Source: Priapulus caudatus
Lineage: Eukaryota
Direction: 5' to 3'
DNA length: 64,000 nucleotides
NCBI RefSeq assembly: GCF_000485595.1
Contig: NW_014577074.1
Coordinates: 801,902-865,901, forward strand
The position numbers were made by a program, and so were the translations under genes. This document shows positions 1-12,556 of the stretch, piece after piece (positions within the stretch are counted from its first letter, which is position 1; each line of letters starts with the position of its first letter). The notes beneath the pieces are model-generated. The model had not been told where the DNA came from and made no database searches. It worked only from the letters and a program-made list of their open reading frames with translations.

Positions 1-275
1 TGAGTGATTCTGGCCAAAACAAAAGATATAGTGTGGTACGGTTTCAAATTTTTTTCTTTAATTAAAATGTCTTTAAGATGCCCGGCCAAACCGCCCAAGC
101 GATCTGGATGCAATTTTCAGAGGGTGATTTCCTATACCCGGGGAGTGTTCCTAGACAAACAAAATCAACAAAAAAATCAAAAGTTAAAAAGTTAAAAATT
201 GATAACAATGCAATAAATGGTGGTGCGTACAGATTAACATGACGTACGTGTGAATCCATGGTGTATACCCTTAAC

Positions 276-348
276 GGCGCAGTGGCTTAATCGCTAGAAC
301 ATCCGTCTCCTACACCGGGATTCCGGGTTCGAATCTCACCTCGGGAAA
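276..348 (+). mobile_element. tRNA-derived SINE head or tRNA pseudogene
   Basis: GGCGCAGTGGCTTAATCGCTAG (A-box-like) and GGGTTCGAATCT (B-box-like) at tRNA spacing; acceptor stem does not pair well. Confidence 0.5.
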
Positions 349-613
349 CACTTTGTTTCTTTACTTTTGGATTGTTTAGTATGTACAATTTTTTACTACA
401 TTTCAACGTTTAGTAAAAATCCAGAATAAACTACATGATAGATGATAATCATATTAAACGCAAACTGACGGGAACACTTCACGAAAGCCTATGAAGGTTC
501 CAGATCAAATATTATTGTATTTTTTATATTATTTTATTTTATTATTTTCACTTTTTTACTTTTTTATTTTTTAATGTCTTTTATCTTTTGATTTCTTATT
601 ATTTTTTTACAGT

Positions 614-845
614 TTGGGATGGGATGGGATGAGATGGCATGGGATGCGATGGAATGGGATGGCATGCGATGGCATGGGACGCGATATGGGATGGGATGCG
701 ATGGAATGGGATGGCATGCGATGGCATGGGACGCGATATGGGATGGGATGGGATGCGATGCGATATGGGATGGGATGGGATGGCATGGAATGGGATGGAT
801 GGATAGATGGATGCATGGATGGATGCATGGATAGATAGATAGTTA
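614..845. repeat. (GGGAT/GGCAT/GCGAT)n pentamer microsatellite grading into (GATA)n
   Basis: Directly visible; a noisier version recurs at ~900-1120 across the 25-N gap. Confidence 0.9.
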
Positions 846-1127
846 GATTTTTTTAGGTATTTNNNNNNNNNNNNNNNNNNNNNNNNNAGGATTCACATCT
901 GATAGGGGGAAGTACTTGCGATGGAATGGGATGGCTGGCGATGCGCATGGGAACCGCCGAATACTGGGGATGGTGTACGCGCGATCGACACAATTAAGGG
1001 ATACCGAAAGTTGGGATAAGGGCACTGGGATGGTGGACGTCAAACCAAGCATGGAATGGGATGGAATGGATAGATGGATCGGCGATGGAGTGGATGCCCA
1101 ATGGATAGATAGATAGTTAGATTGTTT

Positions 1128-3616
1128 TAGGTAGTTTTCCCTTTCAACCAGGGCGGAGTGCACGGCGGAGACGGGTGAGTAAGGCCAACTGATTTCCTCC
1201 GGGCTAACGCGGGTATCCCGCTAAGAGTATGAATAAATATATACCGGGACGTGCCTATTATTACTTCTTGGTATTTATTTTACTCTGACTAGCCGGATAC
1301 CATACGTAGGATTCAGCGTGGGTCGGAAAAATTCACGCTATAGGCCTGGGGTAATATCGAATCTGCGGGGTCGCGCGACAGAGCCACAAGTGTTTTTCCC
1401 GCGAGTACGCAAGCGATGTTTTGGTACGCGTTTGCAGGCTGTCGGCAAGATCAACAATATGCTGGCTATACTTACGTCATTTAAAGTCAGAGCGCCGTAT
1501 GTTTTTTTTATTTCTGTCAGTTTGACAATGATCTATGACAGTCACATGACTCATGAATCAAGAGCAAGGAATGGACACAGAAATAGCATAGAATAAATCA
1601 TAGCCCCATAACTAAAACAGGGGAAAAGGGGAGAGCGGGAGCTCCAGCCAAGTTTGGAGATGCAACTCAGAGGGTGGGGGTGCAAGTAAAGGGAGAGCGG
1701 GGTACTTGGACCTGCAACGTAAATAACTGAGTCTAAGGCAGGAAATTTGAACCACAATAATTCGTGGTGGAAAAAACGTGAATTCCATAAGCGTTACACC
1801 ACTTTTAATGTGTTGTTTTTAGAGCAGAAAGACATTTCGGACCAAGGGGCTGTATATAGTGAAATAAATTGTGAGCGGATAGGGTCACGGCTAATGCTTC
1901 AGAGTTATTTTTTGCCAAAGGTATATGATTATGCATCTTGACACGAAGTTTTGCTAAGTTACTAGTACTGGAGAGACTTTACGTGCTGTATGTGATGAAA
2001 CTGTGGCGCAATTGTGACCGCTGCCCGATTAAGAGACAATAGCCTTGCAGTGAGTAACTAGGCCTGAAGGTAATTTTACCTATAATCGTAAAGCTACTTT
2101 GCCAAAGGCATAGGTCGCTAGTAAGGCCGACGTAACCGTACTAGAATATTTAAAAACGGTAAATATTATTACTGATCAAAAGTTTAGGCTACCAATAGAT
2201 GTTCTTATCAGAGTGAGCGCGATAGGAGACGTTCAATGTTGGTGGGTGCGGGCGCTGTATTTGCACTCCGTAAAGTTGTCGAGTCACTCGGAATCTAACG
2301 CCGCGGTGCCTTTCAGTGTATTTAATGGCCTTACGAGAGGAGAATCGGTGTTGTCGTGTGTAAACGTCGGAGTTCGAACACGCGCGTGCCTCTGCGCATA
2401 CTGAACCTCGCGAGGAATTGTGAACCAGCGAGTCGCGAAGCCTCCTGATTTATGGGTTCATCTCACGGCAGCGAATTTCGAACGCGACTAGCAAATAGAA
2501 GCATGTTGATGCTTCCTTAGTACCGGCCAGATGCCACGCCTGAGGATGTGACTTCACCCGTGCAGGACAAGGCGCACGGAGTAGACAATGATGGTTGTAT
2601 CCGCGTGAACACTTAAAGGGCTTCACAAAAAGTGCGACTCAGGGAGTACCTGATAATATCTAGGTGATGAATTTTAGTAGATCAGTGCATCATCTTTTGC
2701 ATGTGGTCCATGACATATTCTCTGGTAGTGAAGAAATGAACCGGGCGTTGGTAGACAGTCTGAGTAGGGCGGTACGTTGCCGTTAAGTTGATTGACCGTC
2801 GATCACAAGGTACGATATTAGCGGAGTAAAGGGCCGGCATATTAAAATTAGTAGTACGTACGTCTGATTGCTGATTCCTATTGTCTTTTGGCAATGATTG
2901 TTGCTTAATTTATTTATGTTTATAACTTCAGGCTGATTTTATGTGTTGTGTCCATTTTCATTGTTCTATAGTCTTCTAGGTATATGATATTATTATATTT
3001 ATATCTATTTGGTCGAGAATTCTGCTTTAAAAAAACATCTTGCGCATTGGCCTGCAAGTTATGGTTAACAATTACTATGCGGCCAAGTAGATTTTAGCTT
3101 GCACCTTCCTCTCTGTTGGCTCTCTGTCAAACTGTCAGTACCTTCTTCTCCTTCCCCCTGTTTTAGATGATGGATTCTATGTATTTTCTGTTTCTCTTGC
3201 TCTTGATTCATGATCAGTGTGACTGCATAGTGATCTTTTCAAACTGGACAGAAATAAAAAAAAACATGTCGACTTGCTAAATAGCGTAGTATAGGCGAGG
3301 CTGCCGAGCATATTTGTTTGATTTTGCGCACAGCTTGCAATACGATGCGTAGGCCAAGAGCAGTTTCGCTTTGCGATTCTGTTGGGCTTGGATTGTGGGT
3401 TGGATATAATAACTACTTTTGCGCAATCACTTGATTATATGTCGAATTTTCGATCTCCGCGTTATAATTTATATATTAATATTATATTTATTCATAATAA
3501 TAATAGGGTCCCTATATATAAAATACGAGCGGATTACCGCGGCGTGCCGGGGGAAATTCAGTGGCACCTTTACTCAGTTCGGTGAACCGCTGGTTAAAGG
3601 AAGGTAACCCCACCTA
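1128..3616. repeat. Large imperfect inverted repeat (arms about 1 kb)
   Basis: 1128-1265 matches revcomp of 3500-3616; 1430-1690 matches revcomp of 3100-3350; weaker match of 2060-2160 to 2830-2935. Many indels. Confidence 0.7.
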
Positions 3617-3630
3617 TATTTTGTTTTGGC

Positions 3631-3876
3631 CTAATCACTCACCTTTGTGGTACTGACTACTGATATTGGTTTGTACATATGATGATGGATGGATACAATG
3701 ATTTGGAAACAGTCCGTTGCTAAATATTGGCATCACTATAGCTTCAAATTTTGTCTTAATACCTCACACAATAGCGGTAAATTGTGCGAATTCAGCTCAT
3801 GCAAGATTACGATTTACAGCAATACACTAGCAAATATATGTAAACGAATATCAGTACCACAAAGGTGAGTGATTAG
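3631..3876. mobile_element. MITE-like element with 26-bp perfect TIR
   Basis: CTAATCACTCACCTTTGTGGTACTGA at 3631 and TCAGTACCACAAAGGTGAGTGATTAG ending 3876. Confidence 0.6.
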
Positions 3877-3980
3877 TGGTCATAATAAGCTGAGGAACGT
3901 ATACACTTGTTTCTTTATTTGTGGAAAATTTTGATGAGAAAAATCGGTTAAAAATGCGGTAATCGGGTGTCTCACTCTTG

Positions 3981-4198
3981 TGTTATTATCTACTCTTGAT
4001 ATACAAGCATCCACAGCAGCTCCCACACGCATGTACGCCCGCACGCGCACATATACCAACTAATACCGCATTACAACATGCATAGTATATATACTATGCA
4101 TGTTGTAATGCGGTATTAGTTGGTATATGTGCGCGTGCGGGCGTACATGCGTGTGGGAGCTGCTGTGGATGCTTGTATATCAAGAGTAGATAATAACA
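3981..4198. repeat. Perfect 218-bp palindrome centred on (TA)4
   Basis: Arms are exact reverse complements around catagTATATATActatg, with no spacer. Confidence 0.9.
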
Positions 4199-4249
4199 AA
4201 AGCCTAATCACGTTGTATATATATATATATACAACGTGATTAGGCTTTT
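4198..4249. repeat. Perfect 52-bp palindrome centred on (TA)n
   Basis: AAAAGCCTAATCACGTTG-(TA)n-CAACGTGATTAGGCTTTT. Confidence 0.9.
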
Positions 4250-5310
4250 ACTCGATGTAGGCACAGCCACATGTGATGCAAGTTATATATATATATATCT
4301 TCTAGTTACGATATAAAGCTACATGTATGCAGCATCTTCAATTTTACAAACTCCTACCTATTATATCACCAGCACGGTCTCTACGCACCCTGCACACTGC
4401 ATGCACTGCTCTGCTCTATGCATACTGCCACATCGATATCAGGAATAATTTACGTAAAATATGCTAAGTACAGCTTTTCAACATATTCACAGTTGTCGCA
4501 TCAAAGAAAAACAATAGGACAAGTTTCTTAGTGCAGAAAGCTCCCTTATATTATAATATATATATATATATAATACAGGGTTTACTTTTCTTATACATAG
4601 GAGGCACAGTGGCGCACCGCCGTTGTCAAATTTAACATCGCCGTTGTGAAAATGTTCCTGTATACTGATAAGTATATCCTGTATCTATATTTAAGTATAT
4701 CAATACATCCTTTATTTGAATCCATAATGCGCGTTTTTTCCCCAAACTGGCCATTACCTCCCTTGTCTAATTTTCCCTCAGAAGAAACCCTAAAATATAT
4801 ATATTTTTACATATATATAATTTGACATTGTAATTATTTCACTACACTGTATTATATATAACTTTTAGACAATTGTTGAAAAGGGAAAGGGCATGACCGT
4901 CGTTAGTTTATTTTCTGGAGGAAATGAACACAGTGACACTTCCAAATACACTTACTGCAATAGCCAACCAGTTTTTATCTGGCAATGTTTCTCCTGTAAT
5001 TTATTTTTGTACAAAATTTACCTGTTTGCGATGTTTTGCCCAGATATGATCCAGGCCTTGCGGCCAGTAAAACATTGAGGTTTCTGTGAATTACTAAATA
5101 ATGTTTTGATAGAAAAAAATGGATAGTCATTGTGTCAAATACGGCACAAATATCTACTCTTAATTATTAAAATGTAACCTCCTTCTTATTTGGGTTCCGT
5201 GAGTGGCTTCCGATGTCGAGACCCAAATCTGTTTCCACATAAACGCCTTGACAATGCCACGACTTACGACGACTTTCTTTCAACTAGAGAACTCTTGATT
5301 ATATTATAAT

Positions 5311-6789
5311 AAGGGCTTGAAACTAACCTAAATGTTCACTAGCCAGCAGGGGCTCGTGACCTGTAAAATCTCCTAAGCCTTAAAAATTTTCCCAGCCCTC
5401 TGAAGTGCGCGCCTGGAGGCTAATTGCAGTGAATGTAAAATTTTGCCAATTTGCGGCGGGGAGGGGCGGGGGGTGAGGATGGGTGACCTGCTGGGTTTGT
5501 TGATTCTTAGTAACGCCTCCGAATTGCTATCTGCCCGTACTTCCTTGACTCGGAAATTTATGATTCAGCATATATTCAGTATAGTATATATATATAGTAT
5601 CAATACTATATATATATTATAATTATATATAAATATACATAATGATATATATTATATATCAGAGCTAATAAACCTAATGAGTGTACAACGAGAAATAGTG
5701 GCACATTTCACGGCAATATTATTCTACTTTGTATTGCGCGGTTCTTAGACTTAGTTCATCAGGTATTGTCGTTAAGCAGTCATTACTTTTTGCTCTCTAA
5801 AATAAGACCAGAACCGTTGTCTCTACGATAATCTCCTAGGCGAGATATTGGAGCGTAATCATTGCTCCCACAGGCCCCAGTAAATATATTGCCGTCCGTG
5901 ATAGCGACTATGTTTTTCCACTTGTACATCTCTAGGTGTATTAGCTCTTGATAATATATACGAGTGCTCAATTTTAAGGTTTTTTTTGGGTTGTCCGGAG
6001 GACTAACCAAAGAGAGTAGCATATGGTTTGTCGCCTGCAAAGTTTTGGTTGTCCGGTATATTATATTAAACAATGGTCTGCATGCGCTCCTGTCTCACGT
6101 AGGATGCTCATGTGCTGTAAAGCACAAGGCCTAATTCATGTACATTTTGTACGGTATTGCAGTGACAGCAGACAATCGGCCATCGCATTGTTTCACATCT
6201 ATATATCAAAGACAGATGAAAGAAGGTCTTTCATTATCTAGATAAAGGATAAAAGAAGGTCCTTTCTTTATCTGGCTCTTGAATTACTATGAAGATAAAT
6301 AAAAAATATTGGTTAATAGTGGTAAAGATGATGCTGGGATCAATGACGTAATATAATAGTAATTAAAAGTTGCATGAATATATTAATTTCATACACTACA
6401 TTAAGTTAACTAAGTGTGTACTAATAGTTACTAATAAATACTATAAACATTTAACTATAGCATTTTATACACTGGTCAAAGTCACAGATGAGTAAAAATT
6501 GAAAATTTGACCACAAACATGTGTGTTAGATAACGAAACATCCGATGTGTGTTAAACACCGTCGATGTAATATTAAACTTTGTATCAGGAAGCCCAGACA
6601 ATGCGTCTAGACATGTACGTTGCGCGTATTGTGGCGAGACCCTTGGCCTATGTAAAATGACGCGCGCATTATGAATATAAAAATTCCACTCGCCAACAGG
6701 CTTGGTCAGACCGAGGACATTCTACTAGCCTTACTGATTTCTACTAGCCTCTGGCGAGCGAAGGCCGCGAGCGTTATTTCAAGGCCCTG
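5311..6789. mobile_element. Non-autonomous TIR DNA transposon (~1.5 kb, hAT-like ends) in a TA-rich tract
   Basis: Ends AGGGCTTGAAACTAAC ... GTTATTTCAAGGCCCTG; subterminal ACTAGCC/ACTCGCC motifs; absent from the homologous site at ~17965-17990. Confidence 0.75.
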
Positions 6790-9700
6790 TATATATACTA
6801 TTATATATTACAGTGCAGCTTCATGAATCAACAAGTTGAATCGTAAATTTGATTGCATTTATCACAGAGCTGTGCCTGGATTATAGGATATTACTCACAC
6901 CAAGTCCAAGTGACCAAGTCCTCTTCCCCTGATTGCAACAAAATTATATATCAATTATGAATTAGATAGAGCAAAGCACAGTATACTCAGTGACCAGTGG
7001 CCTTTAACTCTGGTAGATAAATGGGCACTATAGATGTAAATGTGATCCAACTACTGAGAGTGAAACTGTAGAACCCCTGTAGCAGGAGATAGCTACCGTG
7101 CTGCAGTGTAACCATAGAAAGCTGGGATCTGAATGAGAATTTACCCAAACAGTCAGTGAAGTGCTGCTGCTTACACACCGACAGCTATTCATTGGGCCTG
7201 CAGATCCACGTGAAAAATTATCTTTTGGATTCCAACGTCTGCTCTTATAAATAGACAGGTGAGCACGGAAAATAAGCAGATCTGCAGAAAGAGTCAAGTG
7301 GTGTGACTGCCGGCATGATGAATTATTCACGATATCTGCTGTACAATACCGTAGAATATGATTTCAGACCACTGAAAGCGGGACAATTAATGTTTTTTGG
7401 ATTTGGCGGTCACGTATAATATATTTGTAATATATTAATGTATGTACTAACTATATGTATAATATAATATCTTTTATGGTTTTGCTTTCTGCTTTAATTT
7501 TGGCCCTTGGAACACTACAAGGCTACATTTAAAACCTGTATAACATTCGCGTGAGACATCATCCTACCCTACAAATATATACTCATAGGCTTTCACAAGG
7601 CTACAGTAATATCCCATTGCAACCAGTAAAGTACCAATGCAACTTATATTAGTAAAAATTATTAATCTGTATCATCATTGTTTCCCCTGGGCAAAAAGGT
7701 CTGTGAGGGTGGAAAATGTTTTTCGTTATGTGTTTGCGCGTTCTGGAGGTCGTAGCAAAGCGAGCAGTGCAGGTGCCGGCAAGCAACAATTGAAAAATGG
7801 TGAATTTGTGCATTCTTTAAGACTATTCTGAACACCATTGTATGAGGACTATATGTTATACCAACATGCATACACCTGTACCATATCATTACAATATATA
7901 TCTATTTTTATGTTATATTATGTGTATATATATAGTTACACCTATATAGTTACCTATATATATATATGTTTATATTACGTTACATTTATATTTACCATTA
8001 GTATATTCATTAATATATTTGCAAATATATACACACACAATCTTATTGCAGCATGTTGCTGTAACACAATGTTCATATATCTGAATTTATTGACTTGATC
8101 ACCTGTTTGTTACGTGTAGTTGTACCTGAGCCGTTTTTTCCAAAACTTATCAGTTATGGCAAAATATGAAGATAGTTTCATTTCATTTTTATTACTACAG
8201 CAGGCACCCACTTTATTTACTCAACAAGTAGAGTCAAAATTCAGATAGACAATCTCGACCCTTACTGTGGGGGGGCGTGCAGATGTGTGAAGGCTAAGTA
8301 CTTGGCTTCCTCAATAGGCAACCACAGTGTTTTTCAGATCATTTCCTTACCATGGCAGTTGTGATAATTATATTAACCTACCATATGCACTGACAAGTAG
8401 TACCACCCCGATCGTAAACTGTCAGCAGTACAATGCCTTGCCAAAGCATGTATTTTATGTGTTTTTCGTTGAGCGATAAGATTATTATCTAGTTTTCGCG
8501 AAGTGATGTATTCTTGTTATAGATAAACAAGAAGAAAAGATTTATATGTGAAACCCAGGCAGATCGTGTGGTACTAATGGCAAAATGCGAAAGCTGAACT
8601 TCAAGTGAGACAAGCAAAAAATTTCCATTAACATTTGTCACATAGCAAAGTGTAATGACTTGTAAATTATGAATGTTCAGATTACGTTACATTTACATCA
8701 GGGATTTCTTAACATGATGTCAAGAGTACGACTCTCATGGAATTTATCATATACTCATAATTAAATATTCATAATTCACTCTATGATACATACCTGTTAT
8801 ACACCATATAAAAGTCGAAAGCACAGTTCTGGACATCTGTACATTCCACACCTTTCGTTAAAAACATGGGTGTCACCGTGGCATGAAGGAAAATACAGAT
8901 GCCATACCACTGCCGATCGAAGGCTGAACAACAAAACTAATTCGTACGTGTCAGATCCGTAGAAAAGTATTGGATATTCGCGATGCCGGTCTGATATTTG
9001 GGCTAGCGATTTTTAATGTGCGGTTCTAGAAAAGCATAGTTACGTCACTCATGTTTCACTTATCAGCAGCGTAGTAACAATTGTGCACAGCAAAAAACGT
9101 AAGTAACTTAACATATTTTGTTTGGCCATTTTGCTTTTGCCACTAATATTTACACAGCTCACATAACTTACGAAATGCTCATTGTTATATCTACCTTGAC
9201 GACAAAATAATGTAAGACAATTACTTTTTCGCTCAACCTGCACGTTAATAAGGGTACAACAGTTACTGCGCAAAATGAATTGTCTAAGTATGTTAAACCA
9301 CCTAAAGATCAGAACACTTGTGGGCAAGTACTTTGAACTAATTTCAGTTATTGTGGCAGACCCTGCCGGTTGTTGCAGAGCATAGTCTAGCATAGCGTCT
9401 AGTCTATAGCCACGTACAGTTGCCGCAGGCCTGCCGACAACTGTACGCGGCGCTATAGTATAGTTAGAGCTAAGTCTAGCATTGCAATGGTGGGTCATCG
9501 ATTTATCATGAAGGGAGGGGGAGCATACACATTATCACACAAGCAACATATACCATCGAAATAATATAGTAGTTAGCCTCTCTATAGCATATTTTTGGAC
9601 ACATGTATGCACGGAAATCTCCTACCATACACCTAAATAATAGGTATTATATAAGTGTAAATGGTTATATTCTCTGCATGAATACTGGAGCGAATGGAAA

Positions 9701-12020
9701 CCAATAATCAAAATCAAACTAGCATCTAGGTGAAAAAATATATTATTATTAATAATAATATACCTAAATAAATCATCATTCTCGCATGATTTTAATTATT
9801 TGTGACTTCTGTTTTGGCACTTCTTCCACGCCTGTTAGTGACTGTTACAAAGATCCACTGCATCTTTCACAGTGAGTAAGAGTTCAAAATGTATACAAAT
9901 TACAACTAATAATACTAATAGTAATATTATTACTAGTAGTAGTACTACTACTACTAGTGCGTGTACTATGTGATATGACTGAACTAGAGAGTACAGTACA
10001 AATGCATAATTTTCTTCCAAAAATGAATCGATTCTTGGTTCTGCGCCGTGAGGGTAGCATACACGAATACCCATCATAACCTTGTTACAGCAGCTTATTA
10101 TTTGAAAAAATTGGGTAAAATGCTTGAAAAAATGATCGACAACTGATGCAAACGAACGCGCCTACCTTCACAGATGTACCCTGTTCCGATGAGGCCCCAC
10201 AGAAGATCTGTGCAGTGGGTGACAATATGTTGGCTTGTGAAAAGTCTTTTTAGTGAAGAATGTCCATGTCCATGCTCCAATATCTTGTGGCGGCTCCATC
10301 TCCGCGCTAAGCTCTAATGCTATCCAGGTCGTAGGACGCCATATTCTACTGTCGCTCCTGTCGCCTCCAGCTTGTTGTCACATTGGTTTTACCCGCCTGG
10401 TACAAGGTATGCACGGTAGGATCACACACTAATTTGACCGATGCACAATCAATGAGAAGGTGTCTATTGATATCTCGACCATTCCACTGAACATTTGAAA
10501 ACGATCAAGGGGTTTATTCCACAGGCTTTTCATCCTGATCAGTCACAGAAGTGAATGCTACCGTAGCGCTCCTCTTCCTGCCGCGAAAGCGAGGCTTTAC
10601 ATTCACAAACTCCAAAACATTTGTCATGGCGCGCCATCTACAGGTAGAAGCAGCCATAAAAACGAAAGCAATCCTAAGCCTGCTTCTTTAGCATGCTGAA
10701 ATCAAGCTCTCTAAGACCTACCATAAGGAAATATTGCCATTATCAAAATATAATAGTAGAAAGGTCAATTATATTGGTGAGTCGGTGACTCCATAGTATG
10801 GAGTAAACCTTCTAACTTAATTGGCTCTAGCTGAACACTTATTTATATATATCAAACGATTTACACTACAAGATGAGAATGTACGCACCATTGCAGTGAC
10901 CGTTAAAACTACAAATTTGTATATTTCAATAGTTAGTGCTGATAGTAGTGTAATTGTTAGAATCCAGGATGAGACGGGATTACCAGAGAAAGTGTTGCCG
11001 AAAGGAGGTGTTGATCCTAACCGCTGAGCGTGGATCTTGCGCGCAGTTCCGCAGCAAGGGCGCGACGCCACAGCGGGAACGTCCTACGAAAGTATACAGC
11101 GCTGCCTGGCAGCTATGGATCCGTCGCGCGAATGCATAGGTCGGCGCACGGATCCATAGCTGCCAGCAAACCAGTCCGGAAATTTTAGCGGGGGCACAGA
11201 GGGGCAGACATTTGGGACATGGAGGAACTCGCGACTTAGATGGGGTGTGTACGGTAGATGGGGGCGAGAGCGAAGCTTTTGATTAAACGCCGTGGCTCCG
11301 TTTCCGTGCGGTCTTAGGCGTTTCACTATAAGTTGACAAACATAAAAGTTCCAAACATAATAAAAATCGGACCGTCATTTAATGGGAAAATTTGATAAAT
11401 ATATGAAATAGATGAATGATGTGTGATTTGAATAAATCAAAGACTGAATAGATTGAATAGTTATTTTATTTGCACTATTCACAGTGGCACGTACAATTGT
11501 TTACAAATCGACAGAGGTAGACTCTGCTCTCATCAAAATATCACAGATTCTTCCAATTATAGTGTCAATAGACAAAAATTAATTATATTGTTGTAAATAT
11601 AATTATACTATAAATAAACAAGTGCCAGCGGAGCGACAGCGCTCATCTCACGTCTACTGCGGTGACTCTGTGGTGGAGTGGTGGATTCTAGTAAACCCTG
11701 TTAGTCCAAATGTGTTCACATACGCGCCGAAACAGTGGAAGGCACAGGATGGTATCAGGAACTTCTCGAAGAAATGTTCGTTGGATCGTTATGAAAGTTG
11801 CCACGAGATGGCGTGTACGTTTAAGTGTCTTAAGATTAAAGATGGAAGCTCCCATCGTACGTAAGTAGCAACAACTATTTGCTAGACAGAGATAGGTAAG
11901 CACTCATCCATTTACGCTACGCAAGCCTACAGGATGATAATAGAGAGATGCACCTGTAACTAATTAACGTAGGCAAAAACTACACAGTACTATCACCACC
12001 ACATGCACTGGCAGTGGCAT
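6790..12020 (+). repeat. Segment duplicated at ~17980-23074 (allelic or false duplication)
   Basis: Colinear near-identity differing mainly by 1-bp indels; includes the DGK exon. Confidence 0.9.
10166..10342 (-). CDS. DGKQ: Diacylglycerol kinase theta-like first coding exon, error-laden duplicate copy
   Basis: Same sequence as 21244-21418 but with 1-bp indels breaking the frame (EHGHGH..HCTDLLWGLIG.GYICE still visible). Confidence 0.55.
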
Positions 12021-12531
12021 AAGTTGCATGTAACACACTGACCAGTACAGAATGCCATAGAAATTATACGATTTAAGGAGCATAAAGCCTTCTTCAACCA
12101 AATTTAGCTTTTGAAATTTCACATGTGACATTGTAGCCTCAATACATCCAGGCATGTATAGATTCTACTAGCAAACCCGGGCAGTCACAATTCTTTCTAA
12201 CAGTAAACAAATCCATGATTTAACACTCACTCTTGAGGGTCAAAAGGTTATCAGACACTTACTCTTCGCTATGGTCAGCGGAAAGTACATTTCATGGTCC
12301 TTTCATAAGCCATAAAAATGCTAGGTCACCGCTGAAACAAAAGTTTTTCAAATCGCTCCGTCAGACCATGTCCTCAGAAAATTTTTTAAAATCTGCCTGT
12401 GCCCCATTGACCTCCAATTTCAGCACAAGTGATGGCTTTTCCTACCATGATGCTGCATACACCGACTATCACGAGCCTAGGTCAGTCCGTTTAGATTTGT
12501 GCCGCAATTCTGGCATTTCCTCCTATAACCT
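11617..12531 (+). mobile_element. Helentron-associated (HINE-like) element, 5' part; 3' part at 15480-15745
   Basis: Starts AACAAGTGCC..GAGCGACAGCGCTCA as at 24631; 12190-12531 matches 24930-25272. Confidence 0.5.
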
Positions 12532-12556
12532 NNNNNNNNNNNNNNNNNNNNNNNNN

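Noticed and set aside
276..348. Functional tRNA
   Set aside because: Acceptor and T stems do not pair properly; better explained as a SINE head.
607..838. MGWDG-repeat ORFs
   Set aside because: Translations of a pentamer microsatellite.
10166..10342. True DGK pseudogene
   Set aside because: Indel noise is uniform across coding and non-coding sequence, consistent with sequencing error.
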